NCBI GenBank assembly: GCA_036172245.1
Contig: JAYWIR010000076.1
Span: 124,001 to 188,000, forward strand
Reading direction: 5' to 3'
DNA: 64,000 nt
Origin: Raillietiella orientalis
Lineage: Eukaryota
The position numbers and the translations under genes were made by a program. The notes below the pieces were generated by a model. That model saw only the letters and a list, made by a program, of their open reading frames with translations, had not been told where the DNA came from and ran no database searches. Of this stretch, positions 11,477 through 23,380 are shown one piece after another. How positions within the stretch are numbered: the stretch's first letter is position 1; every line of letters begins with the position of its first letter.

Positions 11477-14400
11477 TCAAAGGTGTGTAAACCGGCGATG
11501 TATGCCGGTGATGTCCTCATTCACCTTGTCACGAAGATGAGACCACCTTGAAGCCTTCTCCATGAATTGAGCTGCAAGCAGGTGAGCCTCCTTTCGCTGC
11601 GCTGACAACTCCAGGGCGTAGCGGGCCTTCACGATGGCGCGAACGCAACACATGGTTGCGACAATCGCGCCAACCGAAAGTCCATTTCTGCTGAAGAAGC
11701 GCCGCAGCACATCAATGGCAGTGCCTCCTTGTGGCATGATGGCCGAAGTGAGCCTTCGCCACAGTTCCCGGAGGTCACCGCAGTCCAACAAAAGGTGCGG
11801 AAAAGACTCGATCTCTCCGCACCTTAAACAGTTTGGCAAACTAGCTCCCCCGGAAACGATGCTTCGCTGCCTATTACAGTGAAATGCACAATGTAAAAAG
11901 AGGAGCACATCTTGTTTCCACTTAAGGGGGAACACGGAGCTGTCCAAACAAACGGGGGGACCCACTATCTCTCCGGGGGGCACACTTAAATGTTCGCTCC
12001 ACCGAAGCAGTCCCTTCGCCCGATTCCGAGGTGTGGCGGCTTGCACCCGCTCCTTTGTCGTCCAGCTGCCGAGGAGCTTACTGACTCCCGCTATTTTGCA
12101 GGAGAACTCCCATTCCGCCGGTAGGCAACCGTCGTTGCTTGCCCTGAGGGCAGACAGCGCTACGGCGAGTGGTGTGGCGGCCAGACGATCCGACAACTTC
12201 TTGTCCTGCATGACTTCGTCCATTTGATGACTGAGGAGAAGTCGCAGGCGTCGAAAATCTTCCGGGCGCGTTCCTTCGGAAGCTGCCCACGATGAAAAAG
12301 ATTCCTGCCGCCATGCATTAATGTTCATGGGGCGGCAGGAGATCCAGCTTTGGGCTTCCAGCAGTGAGGACAGCTGCCTCAGCGGGAAGCCAAACCCTAT
12401 TCTGGTGTGCCGAAAGTGGGGTAGCAACGAAAGCAGTCCCTCGCTTCCCGTGCAGCGCCTCAGTATAAGGCGTGCGAATAAGCACCACGGCGTACATCAC
12501 AGCTTGGCACAGAGCCGCAGCATGCGAAACTGCACCTGCAGTTCGATGCTGTTCAAGTCGAGGATGCCCAAGCCTGCATCCTGACGCGGCGCCACCAAGT
12601 CTTTAAGTCTAACACGGGATCTTGCAGCGCCCCACAACGCTTTGCGTAGAAGGCGCTGCGCCCAGACTTTGACTTCCTGGGGGGGTGGACAAACAAAAAA
12701 CGGGGGGCGGAGGAGGGGGGCAACGAAGGTGTTCCAGATGCGAGCCCGTTCCGGCAAGACGAACTCGCCTCCTGAAAACGGGCTAAGTGCACGCTCTGCC
12801 TTCCGAAGGCAGTCCGACCACGCTTCTGAGACGCAGAAGTCGCCCAACGGCACGCCAAGGTACCTGAGGTACCTGCCCGTGGGGATCTGCAGGTCGATCC
12901 AGTCGGACTGCCCCTCCCACGTCGCACCAACCGGAACAACCATACACTTACTCCTGTTAACGCTCACGCCCGCACCACGACGGATCAACTCAAAGAAATC
13001 TTCAAGCGACGCTGTCGGGGTGGACATGGGCAACAGGAGAAGCAGGTCGTCGGCATAGGCTGCCACGGCAGGCGTACCTGGACAGGAGCTCGGCAGGTTG
13101 GCTAGCGTCAGCCTGTAAGCCTTCAGCACCAATTCAAAATAGATGCTGAAGAGCAGCGGGCTTAAGCTGTCACCCTGCCTAATTCCTCGTCGTACCGGCA
13201 CGCCGTACACGCGACACCCACTGAAAACAATGGATGTAATCGCGTGGCGCCAGCAGGAGCGCAAGTACGCCAACAGGGATGCGGGAAGACCCACACGTTT
13301 CAAAAGCTCAAGAAGAAGATTTTGGTTCACGCAATCGAAAGCTTTGTGCAGATCGACTGCAACCGCCAAGGCTCCCGGTGTCTCCCTTTGCGTCCCGCGC
13401 CTCTGTCGGTGAGAGATCGAAGGCGTCGCTTCCGCACGACGATCCACCTCCACACGAAGCTGCAATTGCAGCCATGTGCGGATGAACAAGAGATTCGCAT
13501 CCATGGACCGTCCTGGAACAGCGTACGTCTGCTCCGGACTTACCAAGGATTCCGCGATCCTACCCATCCGCGCCACCAAAAGTTTCGAAAACAACTTGAC
13601 GTGCGAATTCACTAATGTGATCGGACGCCAGTTTTTCAGTTGGCGCAAATCTTCGCCTTTCGGCATTAGACGCACCTTCGCTGAGCAAAACGAGGCGGGC
13701 ACATCGCCCGAGTATCGCTTCAACCACGAGAGTTGGAGAACCAGGGGGATGAGCTCCGCCGCAAAACACTGGAAGAATTCCGCGGGGAGCCCATCTTCGC
13801 CTGGCACTTTTCGACTCTTGAGCCCCGAGATGGCCGAGGAAATTTCCTCTGCCGTGAAGGGCTCATCAAGACGCGCGCGTTCCTCCTCGTCTACAACAGG
13901 TGCATCAATCGGCAGAAGCAGCCGGGAGAGGCTGCGTTCCGTCGGTGCCTCTGCATACAGAGAAGAGTAATAGCGCCTGACTATCCGTCGCACGTCGGCA
14001 GGAGCCGAGCATTGCCGGTCCTGGTCGTCGAGCAGAACTGTCGCCCCTGACTGCCAGACCTGGCGCTCGGCCTTGGCCTTGTACTCGGATAATCGACCAA
14101 CGTCCGCGCGCCTGGAAAAGGAGCGGGCCTGCAGAAAATCTCTGCTGTTGGCTACGCCCTCTCCGAAGCCGCGCGGAAGCTGGTGCAAGGGAAACCGGCA
14201 GCAGAACTCGCGGCCCGATCTTTTCAGATCGTCCCAGTCCTCGAGCTCACTTATGGCAAAGCCGAGGAGGTACTGGCGAAGATGCTCAGCCGCCTCCGGG
14301 TGGCTTAGCTAATCTGCCGGCATCCTCCAAAAACAGTTTGGAGGCCCCTTGCCTGGCGGGAGCAACTCGAACTCGAGCCTGTTGTGGTCTGAAAGCACGG

Positions 14401-15049
14401 ACGGCACGGGACCTCTCCGACCCACTCGACAGAGCAAGTGTTCATCAAGGTATACGTGATCCGGCGTTGCTGCCATAACAGGGTCGCTAGCGAACAAGTT
14501 GCACGCGTGCACGGACGCGCACATCTCTTCCGCTAGCAACTTTTCCCTTTTGTGGGATCTATTCTCGGAAAGCAATTGGACGTTAAAGTCCCCCGCAATG
14601 AGATGGGCCACAGTAGGGTGAGATCGAGTGAGCCACTGGCCTTGAAGGGTACCGAAGAACTCAATCCTTTCGGCCCATCGTCCAGCACCGCTCGGCGCGT
14701 ACACGTTGGTTACGACAAGGTCGATCGAGTCGGACCACTTGAGTAAAAGCTGTCCCACTCGGCCTTCCGTGTCGAAACGAACGCTGCGCACCGCTCCCGC
14801 CAAAGTTCCTCTCACGAGGAAAGCGACGCCGCACGTACGTGCAACGCCGCACCTATAAAGTAGCGTTCCGCCCGCGCGCCGTTCGATTTCGGCAGCCTGC
14901 TCTCTGGAGATGCTGTGAATCTCCTGCAGGAGCGTCAAGTCGAAGGCGCGCAGAGCGTCAGCCACTAGTCGCCTCTTCTCCTCGTGTTGGAGCCCGTTGA
15001 CGTTCCAAGACGTTACGGCAACACGACGAGAAGACGCGATTGCCCTCAG
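11477..15049 (-). pseudogene. B2 ORF2 (APE + RT), interrupted by in-frame stops
   Basis: ORFs 14309..15052 (GDFN, SDH), 12497..14188 (YADD) and 11477..12427 lie in the same frame. Confidence 0.9.
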
Positions 15050-16952
15050 CACGGCTGGGAAAGCGAGGCCGTGGTGCTCGCCTCACCCGGCGAGCGGGCA
15101 GTAAGCAGCACGACGGGCTGGAGGGCGCGGTCGCCACCGGCCTCAACTGTGCTGCACGTAATCGGGTGCTCCTCCCCGGGGGCAGAACCTGTGGGTTCCG
15201 GGGTGAGCACTCGCCGTTCCGCGGCGAGTGTGTCACGCCTCAGGGCTTCAGCCCTGCGGGCGCTCGCTCCCGCGCGAGTTACGCGTCGTTCAGCTGCGTT
15301 ATCGGACTCCTTTGCGAATTCTGATGCTCGCACGATCGACGTGCGCTTGCATCCGTCCGATTGCACCGGAATGGTCTTCTCGGCGGTCACAGAAGCGGAC
15401 TTGCACGCGTTGAAGGCGTTGGCTTTTCCTTGGAAGAGTCACAAGCCGCGCGTGTTTTCGTATTCGCGCGACTGCTTTTTCCTTTGGAAGAGCTCAGGGA
15501 TGGAGGTTGCGGAGCTTTCTTTGGAGATTTTTCTTTCCTCCTCTCCACAACCTTCCATTCGCCTTCGCGATGTTCGGAAGCTTCCGCGACAGTAGTTGCG
15601 GAAACCTCCGGGATTTTCGCTGCGTTCTCTGGGGGCGTTGCTTTCGCTACGCCTTTAAAAGGCGGCAACGGAGTCACCTTCTTGACAGTCGGGAGATTCC
15701 TCCTCTCCTGCCGAGTCGGCGATGGGGCGACTGCATGCAGCGTGCTTTTGCTCGTTGCGACGCTGCTTTTTACGGCTTTCGTAGCCTTTGCAGTGGGGCC
15801 TGCGCTGCAGTGGGGCTGTCCGGAACTCGGAAGGGACAACGGAACGGGGCAAGAAGTCTTCGCACTGTTGCGATCTTCCTGTTTTCCTACCTTTCCCTCC
15901 AAGGTGTTACGGAGATTTCCTGGTTCCAGGTTCGGAAAGGTGCCTGCGAGTTCGGCAGAGAGGGAAGGCACGGCACGCGTCAAACCCTCGCGCCCCTTTT
16001 TAATTGGCTTCCCCGCCGTGACTTTCCCCTTTCGGGGCGTTGCGGGCGGGGATGCTTTCTTTTCATCCGCAGATCGCTCGTGGTTTTTTTCGAGTTTTTG
16101 CGGACGACGTTTTTTATTTGCCGCTGCGGCTTTTCGTGCAGTGGTCTCTTGAACCCGACGAATTTCCGCTGCGGCTCTTTTACTTGCAAGTACCGGGCAC
16201 TTCTTGATTTCGTGCCCGGAATCTTTGCAATAGCGGCATCTTGGAGAGGGGCACTCTTTAATTCGGTGCCCATCCTTGCCGCACTGCTCGCACGCGCGAG
16301 TCTGGCCTATGAACCACAGGTGAACGACCGTGCCGTTCACCTGCAGCTGCTCAGGCACAACACGCCTGTTCGCGACGGTGATCCGCGCGGAGGCTTGTCC
16401 AATGTGGACAGAGGGGAAATCCTTTAGAAAATTTGGCGTCCTCCACAGAGCATGCACGGTGGCGAACTTCGCCAGCACACTTACGACATCGCGGTCGGAG
16501 ATTTCCGGTTCGATGTCGCACAATTGAACGACAAAAGAGTCGTCCATCGCGGTAGTTAGGACTTCCTTGCCATTGATGGTCAACGGCGTACGGAGAAGGC
16601 GCTGCACAAGTGCTGCGTTCTTGCACCGAATCTTCGTATATTCCATCCTGCCAGCAGGCATTATGGCAAGGAGTTCCTCCTCGCGAACGCCTATCCGGAC
16701 GAGCTCATCATTGAGCTCACGACCGAATCTCCCGTTAAGTGGCCCACTGACCTTATAACGGAGTGCAGGCATGTATCCTGATGACACATATGCCTGGAAC
16801 TCCGCATCGCAGGGTCCTGGTCTTTGGAAGGTAACGACGGCGTAACTCCTCACCGGGGGCGAGGAAACCATTACGGAGGATGCGGCCACTTCAAGTGCAG
16901 CTGAAGTGCATCCAGTGCCTTGCTCCTCCACACTATCCTGTGTACTGGCCAT
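15049..16952 (-). pseudogene. B2 ORF1, frameshifted near 15425
   Basis: ORFs 15387..16952 and 15046..15390 together match B1 ORF1. Confidence 0.87.
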
Positions 16953-17081
16953 GTTGCACTATGCTACTTGGCAGATTGCACAGGAACACACAAGTGCGAG
17001 CAAAAACGCAGGCACAAAGGTGCCCGATCGTTGGCGCGGAAAGACGCGGAAACACGTCTGCACTGTACGAGCGCAGGAGAT

Positions 17082-17805
17082 CGAACGGATCTCGGGTGGG
17101 CGGCTGTTGTGGCGTTGCGGCACCGCGAAATCAAGCGGTGTCGCCTTCCTGCTTCGGCCAGCCATCGAGACCGCAATAAAGGACGTTCGGTTCGATGACG
17201 CAGGTCGCGTCGGTCAGCTGACTCTCAGCTGGTCCGACTCTATCGACCTGGTCGTCACCAACCTATACGCTCCTAGCGGTAACAACGCGCTGAGAGCGAA
17301 GGCAAGAAGGGAATTCTACCTTGCCCTGAGACGCGATTGGCTGACCGATGCAGGAGTTCGCAAAGCGCACCTGATCGCAGGTGATTTCAACCTGCGCCTG
17401 CTTTCAGGTGCGCCGGATACACTGAACGACCGCGTCAACGAGTTGTGCGCAGAAATGAACACGCGCAACTTGTTGGCCGGGGACACGGCCATGGAAAGCA
17501 GCACCGATCACGTGTACCTTGATCTGCACCTATGCTCTCGGGTGGGCAGGCGCGGCAAGGTACCATCCGAGCTGTCGGACCATGGTCGGATCATGTTCGA
17601 AATGCGTCCGCGCGACAAGGGCTCCCCCTCGTCAGCGTGACGTCTGCCAGGGGACTAGCTGAAGTTTCCCGACGCTGCGGAGCACCTTTGCGCGTTCATT
17701 CGGAGCTTCAGGATGCAGACACTTCAGGACTGGGACCGCTTCAAGCGGTCGGTCCAGGAGTTCTGCGACCAGTTCCCCTGCATCGCCTACCTGCGGGGTT
17801 TGGGG
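17082..17805 (+). mobile_element. Element E segment 2 (APE endonuclease core and linker)
   Basis: SGVAFLL, NLYAP, AGDFN, DHVYL, LSDH, then PLHRLPAGFG where F is inserted. Confidence 0.9.
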
Positions 17806-18022
17806 TTCTCACCCGGGTACGCCCGGGGCGTTTATTGAAAAAAGTCTACATAAACGTGGTACAAGGCCCCTCTAACGGCCACACAACACCGGACCTGCCG
17901 GGACGCCGGGACGCAGCCCGGCGTGACGCTCCTCGGCAGTGGAGGGGGATAGGGATCAAAACAAAAAGAAAAATAAAGATATCAAAAGAAAAACAAAAAG
18001 AGTTTGGAGGGAGGGGAAGGGA

Positions 18023-21000
18023 TCACAATCCACTGGGAGGAGGGCCCATGCATCGTAGGATGCCTTCCAGGTCCATCTTCATGCTTCCCAGATAGGGCCA
18101 TCTCGCAGCTCTCCGCATGAAGCAGACCGCATACGGGATGACATCCCTCGCGTTGGCATCCACTCCTTCGTCGCGAATGTCGCTCCAGGCCGCCACGATG
18201 CTTCGGATGCAGCAGAGGGCTGCGAGGGCTGCGGCGGGCTGCAAGGCGTCCCGCACGAAGAGGGGCCAAAGAACGTCTCTGGGCGCGCTGCCCATTGGGA
18301 GCCCGAGGGTCGTCCCGAACCGTTCCCACAGTCAACAAGTAAGTGGAGGAGCAATTCCCGCTCCTTACACCTGGCACACTCAGGCCTTACACTTCCCCTC
18401 GTCCAGTGGAAGCGGCGCGCGTTGCAGGGTAGACCCCAGTGCAACAGTAGCAGCGCCAACTCTTGCCACTTAAGGGGGAGAAGCCTGGATTTGATTAATA
18501 TTGGCGGCCACTTCAGGTCATCCGTCGGGATGCCGAGAAGCTCTCCCCATCTACGAAGTCCACGCGGGAGGGCAATCGGGGTTGTGGCATCTGCCAGTTC
18601 TCCCATGGTCCAACCGCTCTTCCTCTTTTCCTTGCCTGCGATTCGGCAGGAGACTTGCCACTTTGGCTTGCGGCCGGTCGTTAAAGCCCTTCGTAGGAAG
18701 GGCAGGGTCGAAGCTAGGGGGGTATTCTCGGCCCACGTGCTCCTGGCGGGACACTCCAGAGTAGTCCGCAGTGTGTAGCAGGCGTTGGGGCGGTTCCAGT
18801 CCGGGGAAGTCTGGAGGTTCAGCTTGGCCCAAGTCGCAACGGATTCCTCCAGCCAGGCGGAGGAGTTGGCGGGGCTGCATACCATCCAGCCGTTGTCTCT
18901 CACCAGGGCTTCCATGCGCCCAAGGAGAAGGTTGCATCTTCTGACCTTCCTGCCAGAGCACAGAAGGTACGACGCGAGTCCTTGCGTCCTGGACACACGG
19001 CTGGCGAGGATGCGGGCCTGAGCGCACCAAGGGGTCCTCCATGACATTGCTGCGATGGCGAGGGTGCGCCATCGCAGCTGTATTTCCAGGCGCTCCAGCG
19101 TCAGGAGGCCGAGACCGCCGTCCCGACGAGGAGTGCATAAGTCATCTAGAGGCACACGTGGCCTTTCGCTGCCCCAGAGGGCGATGCGGAGTACGTCCTT
19201 GGTCCTCTTTTTAATGTCACGGGGGACGGGGCAAACAAAAAGCAGTTGGCGGAGGATGGGAGCCGCGAACGCGTTCCACACCGCGGCCCGTTCCGGCAGA
19301 AGGAACTTGCCTTCCAGGAACACGCCGATTGCCAACTCTACCTTTTGGAGACGACCTGACGAGGCTTCTGCGAGGCAGAAGTCCCCCAACGAAACACCCA
19401 GGTACTTCAGGTACCTGGCCGCGGGGATCCCCAAGCGGATCAAGTCAGGCCGTGCGACCTACGTCGCACCCACCGGTACGACCGACGACTTCGCCTTGTT
19501 TACCCGAAGTCCAGTCCCACGACTTAGCAGGTCGAAGAAATCCTCGACTGCGGCTGCCGGGGCGGACATGGGCAACATGAGCAGAATGTCGTCGGGGTAT
19601 GCTGCTACCCCGGGCGTGCCGGGGCACGAGCTGGGCAGGGCAGCCAAAGTCACCCTGTACGCTCTCAGCACCAACTCAAAGTAGGTGCTAAAGAGCAGGG
19701 GACTGAGGCTATCGCCCTGCCGTATGCCCCGTAGCACCGACACGCCGTACACCTGTTGGCTGGAGAAGCAGATGTTAAGGATGGCGTTGCGCCAGCAGGA
19801 GCGCAGGAAGGAGAGAAGGGAGGGTGGGAAGCCCATGCGACCCAGGAGCTCCAACAGTAGCTCCTGGTCAACGCACTCGAACGCCTTATGGAGATCGACC
19901 GCGATCGCTAGGGCCCCCTTTTCAGCCCGGGTGTCTATTTCCAGCCCAGCTGGCGGTTCCAAAGTGGGGTTGCCAATCTTACCGCCAGTTTCATTCAGGC
20001 AGCGCTGCACATGGAACCATTTGCTCGCGAAGAACAGGTTGGCATCCATACTTCGCCCGGGAACAGCGTATGTCTGCTCCGGGCTAATTATGGAGTCTGC
20101 CACCTGTCCTAGACGCGAAGCCCACAGTCCAGCGACCAGCTTGGCGTCCGTATTCACAATTGTGATCGGCCGCCAGTTGTCTAGGGATCTCAGGTATGCT
20201 CCCTTCGGGAGGAGCCTCACACGGGCTGACCGAAACGAGGCGGGACCGTCGCCTTCATCTCGGATCAGCCCGGTCAACTGGAGCACCAGAGGAGCCAGCT
20301 CTGTCGCGAAGCATTGAAAGAATTCCGCAGGCATGCCGTCCTCCCCTGGCGCCTTACGCCTCTTGAGCCTTTTAATACCGGCGAGAATTTCACCGGTAGA
20401 AAAAGGCTCGTCGAGGCTGATCCTCTCCTCCTCCCCTATTGCCTGGACTCCGTCGGGAAGCAGGAGCCGCGAGGCGTCCCGCTCTGGGGGTGCCCTAGCG
20501 TAGAGGGAGGAATAGTACTGCCGCACGAGGTGCCTGATCGCGGGTGGGGCCGATCGCTCCCGGCCCTGGTCGTCCCGCAAGCTGGCCGACCCGGATTGCC
20601 AGGCTTGGCGCTCGGCCCCGGCTGGAAATTCGGCCAGGCGACGGACATTGGAGGACCTCCCTTACCGGCGGGCCTGTAAATAGGCCCTATGGTTCCGAGC
20701 CCCCTCCCCAAATCCGGAAGGCAGGCGGTGCAGGGGAAACTCCTCGCAGAACTCGCGGACCGAGGCCTTGAAGAGGTCCCAATCTTTGAGACTGCGGAGG
20801 GTGACGCCTCTCAGGAATTCGTCAAGGTGTTCCTTCGCACCTTAGAGCCGCGTCCAGTCCCCAGGCAACCGCCACGCCCTGGCCGGGGGTCCTTCATCGC
20901 GCGGGCATACCTCGGCGATTAACCTGGAATGGTCCGACAGCGTCCACGCAACTTTTCCCCGTTTGCCGACCCGCGAGCACAGGTCGACATCCAGGAAGAA

Positions 21001-21584
21001 GTGGTCGATGCTGCGGTCCATTCCCTCCGCGTCCACCAAGTTGCGCGTGCGCATAGCAGCGCACAACTCGTTTGCCGTGCGTTCTTGTGCTTCGGGCTCA
21101 CCTGACAGCATACGGAGATTAAAGTCCCCAGCTATCAGGTGTGCTTCCGCACGTTCGTATCGGCCAGCCAGTCGCGCTTCAGGGTTTCCACCAACCTGGT
21201 ACGGTCGCTGTGTCCCCCTTTCCCGGTTGGTTCGTACACGTTCGTGACGATCAATTCGATCGAGTCGGACCAGCTGAGAATCAGCTGACCGACCCGACCG
21301 TCGTCATCGAAGCGTACGCCCTTGACGGCAGCGTCGATGGCCGGCTTCACGAAAAACGCGACCCCACAGATGTTACGTGCGCCGCATCGCCAATACAGTC
21401 GACCATCCGCGATTTTCTCGATCTCCTGGACGTCTGCCGAGGTGATCACGTGGATCTCCTGCAGCAGAGCCAGGTCGAACTCACGCATGGTGTAGGCCGT
21501 ATCTCGTCTGTTGCCGTCGTCGCGCAGCCCGTTGACGTTCCAACTGGCCACGCGGATTCGACGGCGACAGGCGAGCCCAGGTGT
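18023..21584 (-). pseudogene. F ORF2 (APE + RT), frameshifted
   Basis: WNVNG/LQE (21135..21551), RT 19459..20580 (AYPDD), C-terminus 18079..19443. Confidence 0.88.
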
Positions 21585-23335
21585 TATTCCTGGGAAATCG
21601 GCTCTGCGGCGTCCGCCACCTGTTGGGGCGGGACGCTAGTTGGGGCAGGAGGGACAGGTGCCTCGAGCACCTGGTCCCCCTCCTCCATCGGTAACGGCGC
21701 GTCGAGAGGGTCACCCTCCGGTGGGGTCGCGCCTACCAGTTGGCCCTCCTCCATACGGGTGGGCTGTACAGGTTCCGCGCCAGCAAGGAGCACTTCGCCC
21801 CCCTGCTCACCCTCCTCCATGGGAGTGGCCTGCTCGACGACTTCCGCGCGTGGGATTTCCCCCTCCGGGATTCCCACGCTGCCTTCGGCTTCCTGCTTCT
21901 CCAGCTCGCTCGTGGAGGGGAGGCGCCTCCTCGGCTTTTGGGACTTGCGTCCCGTCTTCCGGGGGGTGCCTCCGACGAGGAGGATGCACTTCCGGCCCCC
22001 AGGTCGCACTCACCTGCGGGGGCCTTCTTCGGCGGAGCCGGCCTTCGCACGGCCTTGCGTGAGGGGTTCTCACGCTCGGCCAGCGTGGTCGCGAGCTCCT
22101 CCGCCGCCTGCGCGAAAGTGGCGTCCTCGCTTTCGGCGCGCGCTTCCCGCGGCTCACCCTCTGTGCAAACAGGGTTCGTCGTCGCGAACCTCGGGCGCGG
22201 CGGAAACGGCAAGGGGAGGCTCGTCGCCCCGGGTGGCAGCCTCGGGGACGGCAATCCGTTCGAGTGCCACCGTGCACTCGCGAAGAGCTTTCGAGCGCGG
22301 ACCGGGTTCATTCGGTTTCGCGCTCTTTTCTCTCTTCGCTCTCGCGGGTTCCACGGGGGGAACTTATTTTTCTTTTCTGGCCTTTACCAGCTTCCATGCT
22401 TCTTCCTCTCCCGCGTCTTCAGCGGGTTTTCCCTCCGACGCTTGGGTGGGAGGAACAGGAGATGGCGGCTGGGGCCGGCCAGTTTCGCGATAAGGTCTTT
22501 CAACTTTTTTTCCTTTTTTGGCCTGCGCCTTTTTGGCAGCAGGTGACACCGGTGTGGGGCGTTTGGGGCACACACGACGAACGTGTCCCTTAACCCCGCA
22601 CAAGTGGCATTCGATATTCGGGCACCGCTTGCGCAAGTGCCCTACTGCATCGCAGTATCCACAATAGCGGGGTTTCCCCACGTACCAGAGGTCGACGGAT
22701 TCCTTTGCGACCTCCAGTTTGTGGGGCAAGCCACTGCCCTCATTAACTGTTACACGCGCTGCGGCCAAGCCTTCGAAATGGCTATTAAAGCCTTCGAAAA
22801 TGGTAGGCTTTGGCCACAACGCGTGTATCTCACCGTACTTACTTAGTGCATTACTCACCGCAGATCGCGTCATGCGTTTCGTAATGCCGGTTAGATGGAC
22901 CACTACGGAGCAGTCCATGCTAACCGGAAGGATCTTCCGGCCATCCACATTCAGCGGGGTGTTAATGAGGCGCTGTGCTAAGGCTACGTCTTTGCAGACG
23001 ACCTCCACGCGCTGCCTCCCGCTGAGTACGGAGAGGCCGTCAAGATCCTCCTCGCGTACAGGGAAATCCTGCAGGGCCCTACTAAAAGCCCGGGCGGTGC
23101 GACCATCAAACAGGGGTCCTACCTTATAAACCAGAGATGGTTTATATCCGGAAGCCCTGTAGGCCGCTTGCTCTGCCAAGGTTTCCGCGCTCGGCGCGGA
23201 AACCATGGCGCTCCACGTCCTCGGCGTTGCCGGGGATGATTCCGGGGCGGACGCCCCTGATTCTGCAGGCTGTTGGGGTGGGCAAGCCTCTTCCACACTT
23301 ACCTCCATCGTGGTGTTCTCAGGCATCGCTGCCAT
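21584..23335 (-). pseudogene. F ORF1 (frameshifted)
   Basis: ORFs 22364..23368, 22154..22354, 21733..22311 and 21584..22009 are successive pieces. Confidence 0.82.
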
Positions 23336-23380
23336 CGGACACCAACGATGTTCCACACGAACACACACAAAGAAAAAACA

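Larger units (their letters stand above)
11121..17069 (-). mobile_element. Element B2, full-length tandem sister of B1
   Basis: Colinear with and highly similar to B1 over its whole length, with the same termini but different inactivating lesions. Confidence 0.93.
17806..23380 (-). mobile_element. Element F, near full-length; extreme 5' end and 5' TSD missing
   Basis: 3' AATAAA plus hairpin at 17806-17836. ORF2 pieces 18023-21584 and ORF1 21584-23335 with CGYCDAVGHLRKRC and CHLCGVKGHVRRVC. Confidence 0.9.

Noticed and set aside
16906..17640. 244-aa ORF as a standalone endonuclease gene
   Set aside because: Chance fusion of the antisense B2 5' UTR with E segment 2 across the TSD.
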